A stretch of DNA of 64,000 bases, from positions 7,673 through 71,672 of the forward strand of contig DATJJY010000045.1 of NCBI GenBank assembly GCA_035491895.1. The letters run 5' to 3'. The position numbers and the translations under genes are program-made. This DNA is from Gemmatimonadales bacterium. Lineage in GTDB: Bacteria > Gemmatimonadota > Gemmatimonadetes > Gemmatimonadales > GWC2-71-9. Under the pieces are notes generated by a model. The model did no database searches and had not been told where the DNA came from. It saw only the letters and a program-made list of their open reading frames with translations. Of this stretch, positions 46,468-57,063 are shown in pieces; the stretch's first letter is position 1; every line of letters starts with the position of its first letter.

Positions 46468-47706
46468 CTAATTGGTTCCCGGCTGAACTTCCGGAAGGGA
46501 GGCGGGAGCTGGCACGGCGCCATCGGGGGCCGCGCCGCTCACCGGCAGCGGTGCGCGCTCGTCGGCGACGACGGCCAGCTTGGTCTCCCACCGGCGCATC
46601 ATTTCGATGAACACCCGGACGTAATGGGGATCGAACTCCATCCCGGCACGCCCCTCGATGTACGGCAGGACCTGCTCGACCGGCCAGGCATCGCGATACG
46701 GACGCCGGGTCCGCAGCGCGTCGTAGACGTCGCAGACGTGCACCAGGTTGCTCGCTTCGTGACAGGAGCGGCGATAGCGCACCTGGGGATAGCCGAGCCC
46801 GTTGAGCATGATGTGGTGCTCGTAGGCGACCACCGCGGCAAGGTCGAGATCCTCCTCGCTCTCGAAAATGAGTCGGGCCCCTTCGACCGGGTGACGATTC
46901 ATGACGACGCGCTCATCCGGGGTGAGCTTCCCCGCCTTCGTGAGGATCTCGATCGGGATCCGCACCTTCCCGAGATCGTGCAGCAGCCCCGCGACGCCGA
47001 AGGCGCGGACGTCGGAGGGAGCCATCTCGAGGTATTCGGCCAACGCCATGCTCAACACCGACACGTTGAGCGAATGCGTGGTGGTGTACTCGTCGAATTG
47101 CTTGAGCTGCAGGAGCGGCAGGATCATCTGTTGATCGCCGTGCATCGCCACCGAGAGCGACCGGACGACGGCCTCCGCCTCGGCGAGCGGCAGCGACTCC
47201 CGCTGCTGCACCTCGTCGTGCAACCAGCGGATCGTCTCCACTTCTTCGCCCAATGAGAGGGCGATCGTCGCGGTGGGAAGCCCGTCCGCCGGCAGTTCCC
47301 CACTGCCGCGCACGCCGACGACGCCGAACTTGATCGCCGTGGGCCGCTGTTGGCGAGCTTCGGCTGTGTCGATGCCCTCCACCGTCAGACGTGCAAGGAC
47401 ATCCTCGAGAAAGACTTCGAAATCGTCCCGCGTGACATGGTCGGCGAACTCGAGGCGCTGGATGCCTGCCTCGGCGAGCCGGTTGGACCAGCCCCACTCA
47501 CGCATCTCGCGCAGCGGCAGCCTCCCGAAAATCACTTCATCGCCGAGAAATGTGAACAACGGGTGTGGATGCTTCGCCTGCAGATCGAGCAGCTCCTGGT
47601 AGGCAGTGTCGACCGCCCGGGCACGCGCCGGATGTCCTTCGCCGTAGAGCGACATCCCGGCAAGCGCCTGCGCGAACGCGCCGAGAAACCTGGCGGGCTC
47701 GCTCAC
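46468..47706 (-). CDS. HD-GYP domain protein (putative cyclic-di-GMP phosphodiesterase)
   Basis: HSLNVSVLSMALA, LLHDLGKVRIP and HHIMLNGLGYP (HD...HHxxxxGxGYP) follow a ~190-aa N-terminal helical domain. Confidence 0.85.
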   Translation of the reverse strand: MSEPARFLGAFAQALAGMSLYGEGHPARARAVDTAYQELLDLQAKHPHPLFTFLGDEVIFGRLPLREMREWGWSNRLAEAGIQRLEFADHVTRDDFEVFLEDVLARLTVEGIDTAEARQQRPTAIKFGVVGVRGSGELPADGLPTATIALSLGEEVETIRWLHDEVQQRESLPLAEAEAVVRSLSVAMHGDQQMILPLLQLKQFDEYTTTHSLNVSVLSMALAEYLEMAPSDVRAFGVAGLLHDLGKVRIPIEILTKAGKLTPDERVVMNRHPVEGARLIFESEEDLDLAAVVAYEHHIMLNGLGYPQVRYRRSCHEASNLVHVCDVYDALRTRRPYRDAWPVEQVLPYIEGRAGMEFDPHYVRVFIEMMRRWETKLAVVADERAPLPVSGAAPDGAVPAPASLPEVQPGTN

Positions 47707-49832
47707 GGCGTCTCAGGCTCCGGGTCGGTGGCCGCCCGCACGTCGGCATCGTTCGAGACCGCCGCCAGCGCCAGGAGCTCCAACGCGCGCGGCTCGGTCC
47801 GCCACCCGGTGGCGAGTGCGGCGACTGCGGCGACGAGCTCGCGTGATCGTGGCAACAGCTTGCGCTTGCCCAACAGCGTGCGCCCGCCGTCGACGAGCTT
47901 GACCAGCTGCTCCAACGCCTCCGGTGCGCGCGCCACCCCCAGCAGACGAATCGCCTGCTGCCGCAGATCCGGTGCCGTCTGCCGGTCGGTGGCGAGGGCG
48001 ATGATGCCCGGGAGAGCGCTCCGCGGCACGCCCTGTAATGCCGCGATCAAGGCGATCCGCACGAGGCGATGCTCGCTGTCGGCGAGTGCCTGCGTGATGA
48101 CGCGGTCACGCTCGCCCGGGGCTTTGACGCCGATCTTGAACGCCTCCAGCCGCACCCGGGGGTCCGTATGGGAGACCCACGGCAACACGGAGAACCCATC
48201 CGGCAGCTGCGGCAGCTCGTCGAGCACGCTCAGCAGGTTGCGCTGCACGTACCAGCGCTCGTCGGACAGCCGGGCCGTGAGGCTCGGCCCGAGCACCGGC
48301 CCCAGGCGCTTTACCCGATCGAGCAGTGCTCGGCGCGTCGCGCGCACTTCGGCGTTGGCGAGGGCATCGAGCAAGGCGTCCGCGGCCCGCACGCCGAGAC
48401 GCGGCAACATGCGATCGACTGTGGCGAAATCCACCGGCTCGGACGCGAGCAGCCGCTGCAGCGTTTCCGGGCCCGCCGCGCGGTCCCACAGGTCTTCGGC
48501 GGTCGTCGTGCCCTCGGGGGCCGCCTCGAGCAAATCGATCAGCACACCGAGACGGCCACGGTCGACCAGAGCTTCACAGGCACGATACACACCCGGCCCG
48601 GCGGCACCGATTTCGAGGCTCATTTGCACGAGCCGCTCGGGCTCGGGGGCGTGTCTCCAGGCGATCGAGTGGACGGCGGCCGTTGAGGACTGCGACATCC
48701 GCTGCAGCGCATGGCCGTATGCCTCGGGATTCGGGTCTGTCAGGCTCCACCCCGTGAGCAGCCCGCGCACCTGCTCGCGCAATGCGCTGTCGGCCAGGGC
48801 CCGCGCCTGGGGTTTCCCCTGCTCGGCGTGCGCCGCCATCTTCGACAGCATCCGCATCAGCGACCCCGACACGGAGTGATGGGACGCATCGGCCACCGCT
48901 TTGACGATGTCGAGCACCGCCTCGACCGCCATCCCATGGGAGGCGTCGAGCACGAATTTCTGGCGCTGTGCGCCGTCGCCGCCCATCTCGATCAGCCGGC
49001 GCAGCGTGGTGGGCTGCATTTCGCCGATCAGTCGCGAGGTACGGCGGCGCAGCTCGACCGCCTCCTGGCCGCCGGCGGACTTGAGCTCCTCGGCGATCTG
49101 CAGCAGGTACCCGACGATGACCTGATCGTAGGCCTCGCTCTTGGGGTGCTCGTCGATCGCTTTGGCGATCACGGCGGGCTTGGTGGGCGGCGCCTCGTCT
49201 TCGCCGAGCTGGCCGGCCAGGGCGGCCCGGGCCAGGCCGATCCACATCTGGGCACCCCGCACGCGCGCATCGCGCAGACCGGATTCGTCCGCCGAGCCGG
49301 CCGAGTCGGCGAGATCAGGCGGCAATCCCGCGTCGTCGAGGAGCTCCAGCCGCTCGTAGGTCATCGGGTGCAGTCGGATGTGGCGCCACGCCGAGAGTCG
49401 CGCCGGGTCGCCGAGACCGAGCGGCTGCCCGGTCCGGTCGGCCTCGACCGCGAGGGTGCGCAGGACGTCCCGGATCTCGTCGAGATCGACGCCCCGGTGA
49501 AACGAGACCGCGCCGAGGTGGTGGCGGTGCAGGCGGCCCGCCAGCTCCGCCAGCACCGGGTGGCGCGAATCGGTCGCGACGCCCTCGATTACCAGCTGGT
49601 CGCGCGCCACTCCGAGCGACAGCGAGGCACGGTCCTGCAACAGCGCATCGGCCCGACGCAGCAGGCCCAGCGCCGCCGGCTCGAGCGATGGGTGGTCCTC
49701 GGGATACATCGAATGCTTATGGAGGGCGATCGACAACTCGATCAGAAAGTCGCTGAGCTCGCGGGACAACGTCGCGCGCTCATGCGGCGCGGGGGCAGCC
49801 GGTGGGAGGCCCGATCCCGACGGACTGGTCAC
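47703..49832 (-). CDS. Large HEAT/ARM-like helical repeat protein
   Basis: About 709 aa from GTG 49832 (start uncertain). The N-terminal ~150 aa resemble the N-domain of the adjacent HD-GYP protein. The C-terminal part has HEAT-like ...VRxxAxxALG... repeats. ATGA-type overlap with the HD-GYP start. Confidence 0.65.
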   Translation of the reverse strand: MTSPSGSGLPPAAPAPHERATLSRELSDFLIELSIALHKHSMYPEDHPSLEPAALGLLRRADALLQDRASLSLGVARDQLVIEGVATDSRHPVLAELAGRLHRHHLGAVSFHRGVDLDEIRDVLRTLAVEADRTGQPLGLGDPARLSAWRHIRLHPMTYERLELLDDAGLPPDLADSAGSADESGLRDARVRGAQMWIGLARAALAGQLGEDEAPPTKPAVIAKAIDEHPKSEAYDQVIVGYLLQIAEELKSAGGQEAVELRRRTSRLIGEMQPTTLRRLIEMGGDGAQRQKFVLDASHGMAVEAVLDIVKAVADASHHSVSGSLMRMLSKMAAHAEQGKPQARALADSALREQVRGLLTGWSLTDPNPEAYGHALQRMSQSSTAAVHSIAWRHAPEPERLVQMSLEIGAAGPGVYRACEALVDRGRLGVLIDLLEAAPEGTTTAEDLWDRAAGPETLQRLLASEPVDFATVDRMLPRLGVRAADALLDALANAEVRATRRALLDRVKRLGPVLGPSLTARLSDERWYVQRNLLSVLDELPQLPDGFSVLPWVSHTDPRVRLEAFKIGVKAPGERDRVITQALADSEHRLVRIALIAALQGVPRSALPGIIALATDRQTAPDLRQQAIRLLGVARAPEALEQLVKLVDGGRTLLGKRKLLPRSRELVAAVAALATGWRTEPRALELLALAAVSNDADVRAATDPEPETP

Positions 49833-49880
49833 CCTTCTAAGGTAATACTTGAGGTGTTTCCCTTCTGTATCGAAACAGAA

Positions 49881-49912
49881 CAGGCACCCCGGGACCCTCC
49901 CCGGAGTGCCTG
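49881..49912 (-). terminator. Hairpin downstream of groEL
   Basis: CAGGCAC-CC-CCGG...CCGG-A-GTGCCTG stem. On the minus strand it is followed by TTCTGTTTCG, which is moderately U-rich. Confidence 0.45.
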
Positions 49913-49923
49913 CCCCTATGCGT

Positions 49924-49935
49924 CCAGACGTCTGG
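49924..49935. repeat. 12-nt perfect palindrome CCAGACGTCTGG, 13 nt beyond the groEL stop (same AGACGTCT core as 7391 and 46051)
   Basis: Read directly. Confidence 0.8.
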
Positions 49936-49947
49936 GCGTCTAGCCTT

Positions 49948-51916
<1,969 letters not shown>

Positions 51917-51968
51917 CGTCCGCCTCCACCAGAAGTAGAACTGTGTAAGTTGTTGCGAAATATGACTA

Positions 51969-51995
51969 GTAGCACTCTACCATGATGAGTGCCAG
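51969..51995 (-). promoter_or_regulatory. CIRCE operator (HrcA binding site)
   Basis: gTAGCACTC-N9-GAGTGCCAg compared with the consensus TTAGCACTC-N9-GAGTGCTAA. It lies 53-79 nt upstream of the groES ATG. Confidence 0.8.
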
Positions 51996-52008
51996 AAATC
52001 GGAAGGGG

Positions 52009-52037
52009 AATCTCTCTCTCCCCTCCCCTGATGTCAA
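52009..52037 (-). promoter_or_regulatory. Possible groES promoter: TTGACA-17 nt-GAGATT
   Basis: On the minus strand, TTGACA is at 52037-52032 and a weak -10 at 52014-52009. CIRCE follows immediately downstream, as in classic HrcA-controlled promoters. Confidence 0.35.
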
Positions 52038-52070
52038 GGGGCGCAGGAAGCTGCTAACCGCCTACCGGAC

Positions 52071-52469
52071 CTATGGTTGGAAGGGTGGGCCGCGCCCTAC
52101 GCCGAGTGAATCGAGCAACGCCTCGGCGCGTCCGGCGAGATCCGTCGGGAGCTGACCGACGACGGCCGCTGCCGCGCCGATGATCGCCCCCGTCCGTGTG
52201 TCCGCCAATCGCACATGCAATACCGGGCCCAGCGAATCGCCCGGCTCGCGATACAGGAAGTGCACCACCGCGGCCGTCGGACCCGAACCGCCCTTCACTT
52301 CCGAGAGCACGACGAACCGGTGCCGGCGCAGCGCGGCCCCCAGCGCGCTGCTCAGCGAATCGTTCCCCGAAACGAGAAACGCGTACCCGTGCAGCGAAGC
52401 GGGCATGTGGTAGCGGGTGGCGGGGGCACACGCCACGGCCAGGGACAGTGGAATGAGCGAGTACCTCAC
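52071..52469 (-). CDS. Hypothetical lipoprotein
   Basis: GTG 52469 (GTGA overlap with the NlpC/P60 stop) gives VRYSLIPLSLAVAC|AP lipobox, 132 aa. Confidence 0.55.
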   Translation of the reverse strand: MRYSLIPLSLAVACAPATRYHMPASLHGYAFLVSGNDSLSSALGAALRRHRFVVLSEVKGGSGPTAAVVHFLYREPGDSLGPVLHVRLADTRTGAIIGAAAAVVGQLPTDLAGRAEALLDSLGVGRGPPFQP

Positions 52470-53488
52470 TGCAGCAAGCGTCGCACACCCACCCATTTCG
52501 GGATCCAGTAGGCGCCGTCGGGATCGCTCACATCGAGGCGCGACAGTTTCACGCCGGTCGATGAGCTGTGAATGAATTTTCCCTCTCCGACGTAGAGCCC
52601 GACGTGGGTTACGCCGCCGTCCTCGCGGCCCGAGAAGGCGAGAATGTCCCCGGGTAACAGAGAATCCACGACTCGCGCGATGGCGTTCCCCGCCTCGGCC
52701 TGGGCTCGACTCGTGCGGGGAAGACGAATGCCGTGACGCGCATACGCGTATTGAATCAGCCCCGAGCAGTCGAAGCCATTCTCGGCCGTCCCGCCCCACT
52801 GATAGGGGCTGCCCAGCACGTCGAGCGCCGTCTCGACCACGTCCATTCCCCGCCCACTCACGAACATCAACAGGGGCTGCGCCGAGTCGGCGCGCGGCTG
52901 ATAGGCGGAAGGCGACCCCGGAGCGGAGGTCGAAATGGGAGGCGGCGGGACGATCGTCGCATCCGACCGATGCACCATCCCCCCCAACCCGATCGTCAGC
53001 CCGAGCGTGGTGCCGAATCCCTTGCGTGGTGTCCCCGGTCGCCAGAACCCATGCGGCCCGCGGTCGATGACGCGATAGCGCTCTTCCAATGCCAATCCCA
53101 CGATCCGCAGCGGCCGCCACTCGACACCCATACCGGCCGTCCAAAGTGCCGCCAACGACTGGCGCGCGGTATCGGCATCCATCCCCAGCGCTCCACTCGC
53201 CATCCCGTAGACGGCGAGCGCCGACCCGCCGCGCGGTGTTTCCAGCTCGTACCCGATGCCGAAGAAACTGCGAGACGATCCGGTCCGCTCGCTGAGCACC
53301 TGCAATGCTGCGCCGTGGCGCAGGAGGGAGCCGAGGGGCCGGTCGAACCGCGCTTCGTACGTCGTCAGATCGCCGCCTGCCCAGCTGCCATAGAGCAGAC
53401 TGAGATCGCGCTGCTGCGCGGTCAGCCGCCCGGCCGCGAGGCCGCCGGCGACCAGAACGATGGCGGACAACCGCTCAGTGATCCGCAA
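52466..53488 (-). CDS. NlpC/P60 cell-wall peptidase with an N-terminal beta-rich (barrel-like) domain
   Basis: The C-terminus reads GSPYQWGGTAENGFDCSGLIQYAY...GDILAF......THVGLYVG.GKFIH (Cys-His catalytic pattern). The start is TTG 53488 or 53470 (uncertain). Confidence 0.8.
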   Translation of the reverse strand: MRITERLSAIVLVAGGLAAGRLTAQQRDLSLLYGSWAGGDLTTYEARFDRPLGSLLRHGAALQVLSERTGSSRSFFGIGYELETPRGGSALAVYGMASGALGMDADTARQSLAALWTAGMGVEWRPLRIVGLALEERYRVIDRGPHGFWRPGTPRKGFGTTLGLTIGLGGMVHRSDATIVPPPPISTSAPGSPSAYQPRADSAQPLLMFVSGRGMDVVETALDVLGSPYQWGGTAENGFDCSGLIQYAYARHGIRLPRTSRAQAEAGNAIARVVDSLLPGDILAFSGREDGGVTHVGLYVGEGKFIHSSSTGVKLSRLDVSDPDGAYWIPKWVGVRRLLQ

Positions 53489-53771
53489 CGCTCCGCTGCT
53501 CCAGTGACGGACGAGGCGCCATGCGATGGGCGAGGAGGTGCGGCACGCGGCGCATGAACCACACCCAGATCCACAGGGTCCCGAATCCACAGACGGCGGC
53601 TCCCACCAATCCCGGCGCGATCAGCGCGAGTGGGTTTCGAGAATGCGGCGCCAGGTGGGCGCCGAGCCACATGCCCAAAAACGAAGCTCCCCAGGCCCAG
53701 AGCGGCGTGAGGAGCCAACCGACGACGACGAGTGCGTGCGCCAACCAGCGGGGCATCCCCGCGACGCTCAC
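53475..53771 (-). CDS. Small membrane protein, unknown function
   Basis: 98 aa with three hydrophobic segments (WLAHALVVVGWLLTPLWAWGASFLGMWLGA...). Confidence 0.5.
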   Translation of the reverse strand: MSVAGMPRWLAHALVVVGWLLTPLWAWGASFLGMWLGAHLAPHSRNPLALIAPGLVGAAVCGFGTLWIWVWFMRRVPHLLAHRMAPRPSLEQRSVADH

Positions 53772-54385
53772 GCGCTAGGCTTCCGGATAATGGACCAGAG
53801 GGCGAAGGCGGTGAGGGTCACCACGTATGCTCCGCCGATCACCACCGGCCACGCGACCGGGATGATCGTCACTTTCGCAACGACCGCGAGCACCACGGCG
53901 CCCAGCACCACCGGGGTCGCGATCTGCCCCAACGAGGCGGGTCCCCGTGCATTACGCCCCGCCGTGAGCATGCCGCCCATCCAGGCGACGAAGGTGCCGA
54001 GCATCCACCAAATCGGGAGATACCACCACGTGCTCCCGCCTCCGATCGCGTCCCAGGTCCAGGGATACGCCTTGAACGGGCGCAGCAACACGATATCGAA
54101 TGCCATGAATACCACCGTACCCCACAACCCCACCGCCGCGGCTCCCGCGACACCCTCCGTACCCCGGGACCCGACCCATTGTCCCGGCAAGAGGCTCACG
54201 AGCACGCCGGCCACGAGCACGAGCAGCGCTTCGAGTGCCGTCTGCGCGACCCCCGCGGGCAACAGCCGGGAGAGGGCCAGGAAGGCCACGACCGAGACTC
54301 CGGTCGTGAGGCCTACCTTGGTGCCGCTCATGAGGATATGACGGAAATCGGACCGGTCGGTAGCCGCCATGGCGCTGGTTGTCAT
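53768..54385 (-). CDS. Integral membrane protein, unknown function
   Basis: 205 aa with about 6 TM segments, Trp-rich (WWYLPIWWMLGTFVAWMGG). ATGA-type overlap with the next gene. Confidence 0.6.
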   Translation of the reverse strand: MTTSAMAATDRSDFRHILMSGTKVGLTTGVSVVAFLALSRLLPAGVAQTALEALLVLVAGVLVSLLPGQWVGSRGTEGVAGAAAVGLWGTVVFMAFDIVLLRPFKAYPWTWDAIGGGSTWWYLPIWWMLGTFVAWMGGMLTAGRNARGPASLGQIATPVVLGAVVLAVVAKVTIIPVAWPVVIGGAYVVTLTAFALWSIIRKPSA

Positions 54386-54409
54386 CGGCCCTAATCTAGC
54401 GTTTCGCCT

Positions 54410-55192
54410 CTACCAGCCAAGACCCAGTGCCCGAGCCGCCAACCGCAGCCCCACGAGCGTCAGGTCCGGTTGCACGGTCTCGATCTCGTGGGTGAGCGGA
54501 GCAACGAGCGGCGCCAACCCCCCCGTCGCGACCACATACGGCGGCTCGCCCGCGCTGGGCCACTCATCGCGGATCCGGCGGATGAGACCGTCCACCGCGT
54601 CGACGGTGCCCCAGATCACCCCGGAGCGGATGCAATCCTCGGTGCGGCGGCCGATCACCCGCTCGGGGGGCGTGAGCTCGGTGGCCGGCAGCTTGGCGGT
54701 GCGGCGCACCAGCTCGTCCGACGCCGTACGGATCCCCGGCATGATGACGCCGCCGATGAAGCGGCCGTCCTTGGTGATGCAGTCGAAGGTGGTGGCCGTG
54801 CCGAAATCGACGACGATCGTGTCGCGCTCGAACAAGTTGCAGGCGGCGAGGGTGTTCACGATCCGGTCGGCGCCGACCGTCAGCGGCTCGGCGACGTCGA
54901 GCGTGATCGGCAGGTCCGAGTGGCCATCCACCTGCACCGGGGTCACCCCGGTGATCCCGGTGACGCCGTCGCAGACGTGTTGGGTGACGGGTGGGGCGAC
55001 CGAGGCAACCACCACCGCTCGGACCGCCGACGGCGAGTGTCCCGCGTTGGTGAGGTACGTCGAGAGCAGCGCGCCCCACTCGTCGGGAGTGCGAGCCGTG
55101 GTCGTCGTGAGACGCCAATGCCCCAGCAGCTGTTCCCCCTGGAACAGCCCGACTGTGGTCTCGGTGTTGCCGATGTCGAGGGCTAAGAGCAC
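54410..55192 (-). CDS. coaX: Type III pantothenate kinase
   Basis: MLLALDIGNTETTVGLF, VDFGTATTFD, GG.I.PG and ATGG.A. Confidence 0.9.
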   Translation of the reverse strand: MLLALDIGNTETTVGLFQGEQLLGHWRLTTTTARTPDEWGALLSTYLTNAGHSPSAVRAVVVASVAPPVTQHVCDGVTGITGVTPVQVDGHSDLPITLDVAEPLTVGADRIVNTLAACNLFERDTIVVDFGTATTFDCITKDGRFIGGVIMPGIRTASDELVRRTAKLPATELTPPERVIGRRTEDCIRSGVIWGTVDAVDGLIRRIRDEWPSAGEPPYVVATGGLAPLVAPLTHEIETVQPDLTLVGLRLAARALGLGW

Positions 55193-55203
55193 GCACGAAT
55201 ATA

Positions 55204-56001
55204 CTAAGCGGTCTCCACGTGGCCCTCGCGCACGACGGCGACCTGCCCTGCACCTTCCACCAGCAGGGCCCCATCGGGGCGTACGCCGCGGGCGAGACCC
55301 GGGACGGGACCGCGCAACGGACGGTCGCGCAACCAGTCACGCGCCGCGAACGCGGCGCATTCCTGCTCCGAGAGCCGGTCGGCGGCGGTGTCCAGGCGGG
55401 TGAGCGGCGGCACCAGCCGGTCGAGCACATCGAGCAGCCGAACGCGCGGCACGATCGCCGAAAGTGCGATCGCCGCGTCGCCGACCTCGGCGGGAATCTC
55501 GTTCAGCACGTTGACGCCGAGACCGATGGCGAGCCACTGCAGCCGGTCGCCGTGCCACCGGCCCTCGCACAGTACGCCCGCCAGTTTGCGATCGTTCAGG
55601 AAGACGTCGTTGGGCCACTTGAGTCGAGCGAGCGGCCGACCGGCGAGCTCATCGACCACGTCGGCCAGGACGAGTCCGGCGCGGATCGAAACGATCCCGA
55701 GCGGCAGCGCGCGGGGCCGCAGCAACAGCGCGAGCCACACGCCCCCGGGGGGCGAGTGCCAGGTGCGGCCGTCCCGCCCGCGACCCGCCGTCTGCTCCAG
55801 GGCGAGCACTACCGTTCCGGCGGGTGCGCCTTCGCTCCCGAGCGCGTGGGCCCGGTCGAGCGTCGATCCGAGCGATTGCGCCAGCTCGCAGCGCGGTACG
55901 GTCCACCGCCGTCCCAGCGCGGCCGCGGGAATCCCCTCGAGCGTTCCCCTTGTCCCCCCCGTCACGCGTACCAGCGCATCAGCACGGCGACGATCCAGCA
56001 C
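55204..56001 (-). CDS. birA: Biotin--[acetyl-CoA-carboxylase] ligase (no HTH domain)
   Basis: EQTAGRGRDGRTWHSPPGGVWLALLLRP and LKWPNDVFL..RKLAGVL.E. The start is GTG 56001 or TTG 56034. The track ORF to 56370 over-extends across the uppP start. Confidence 0.8.
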   Translation of the reverse strand: MLDRRRADALVRVTGGTRGTLEGIPAAALGRRWTVPRCELAQSLGSTLDRAHALGSEGAPAGTVVLALEQTAGRGRDGRTWHSPPGGVWLALLLRPRALPLGIVSIRAGLVLADVVDELAGRPLARLKWPNDVFLNDRKLAGVLCEGRWHGDRLQWLAIGLGVNVLNEIPAEVGDAAIALSAIVPRVRLLDVLDRLVPPLTRLDTAADRLSEQECAAFAARDWLRDRPLRGPVPGLARGVRPDGALLVEGAGQVAVVREGHVETA

Positions 56002-56052
56002 GACGGAGCGAAGGCATTCGCGAGTATAGCCCAAAGCGATAGCTTGGCCACC

Positions 56053-56868
56053 ATGCACACGATCATCGTGGCGATCATCCTGGGGCTCGTCGAAGGCGCG
56101 ACCGAGTTCCTCCCCGTCTCGTCCACCGGTCATCTGATTCTGGCAGGACACGCGCTGGGCTTCGTCGGCCCGACTGCCGACGCGTTCGAGATCATCATCC
56201 AACTCGGCGCCATTCTGGCGGTTGTCTGGCTGTACCGCGCGATGCTGTGGAAGGTGACCCGGGACGGGTTCACCGTGCCGGCGTCGCGCCAGTTCATCGG
56301 CGCGCTGTTCGTGGCATTTCTGCCGGCGGCGATCGTGGGGCTGCTTACGCACCACTGGATCACTGCGCACTTATTCATTCCCCCGGTCGTGATCGCCACC
56401 ATGATCCTCGGCGGCGTGGCCATTCTCGTCATCGAGCGGCTGCGCCCCGCACCACGCATAGAAACGGTGATGGAGATCGGCTACCGCACTGCGCTCTTAA
56501 TCGGCATCGCGCAGCTCTTCTCTCTCATCCCGGGCGTGTCGCGCTCAGGGGCCACGATCATGGGGGCGTTGCTCGCGGGCGTCGGCCGACCGGCCGCGGC
56601 TGAGTTCTCGTTCCTGCTGGCGATCCCAGTCATGCTCGCCGCTACGGGCCTCGAGCTCTGGGAGAACCGACGGCTCCTGTCGGGATCGGATGCAGGGGTG
56701 TTCGCGATCGGCTTCGTCGTGGCTTTCCTGGGCGCCCTGGTGGTCGTCCGCTGGCTCGTAAGGTTCGTGTCGCGTCACTCTTTCGACGTCTTCGCCTGGT
56801 ACCGCATTGCGTTTGGGTTCGCCCTGTTGGTGCTGCTCCTCCTGGGTGTGCGCTGGATTGCGGCGTAG
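56053..56868 (+). CDS. uppP: Undecaprenyl-diphosphate phosphatase
   Basis: ATG 56053 gives MHTIIVAIILGLVEGATEFLPVSSTGHL, then PGVSRSGATI and FSFLLAIP. Confidence 0.9.
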   Translation: MHTIIVAIILGLVEGATEFLPVSSTGHLILAGHALGFVGPTADAFEIIIQLGAILAVVWLYRAMLWKVTRDGFTVPASRQFIGALFVAFLPAAIVGLLTHHWITAHLFIPPVVIATMILGGVAILVIERLRPAPRIETVMEIGYRTALLIGIAQLFSLIPGVSRSGATIMGALLAGVGRPAAAEFSFLLAIPVMLAATGLELWENRRLLSGSDAGVFAIGFVVAFLGALVVVRWLVRFVSRHSFDVFAWYRIAFGFALLVLLLLGVRWIAA

Positions 56869-57063
56869 CGGTCCGTCGTTACGACTCGCCGATGTCCTCA
56901 TCCAGTTTCAAATGGCCGCATCTGATTGCGTCGAGCTGCAACGGTTAACGCAGGTGAGTGATTGTGCGACAACTGCCAGCTTGGCCGTGACGACAGCGAT
57001 GCGATCCTGTGACGGCAGGTGATTCTTTTAACCCCTACACCGCGCCCGGCACCTGCATGTAGT

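Noticed and set aside
52005-52030. A polypurine/polypyrimidine stretch (GGGGAATCTCTCTCTCCCCTCCCCTG) upstream of groES as a distinct regulatory repeat.
   Set aside because: It is short and low-complexity and falls in the spacer of the putative promoter. There is no second copy and no symmetry, so there is not enough evidence to call it a site.
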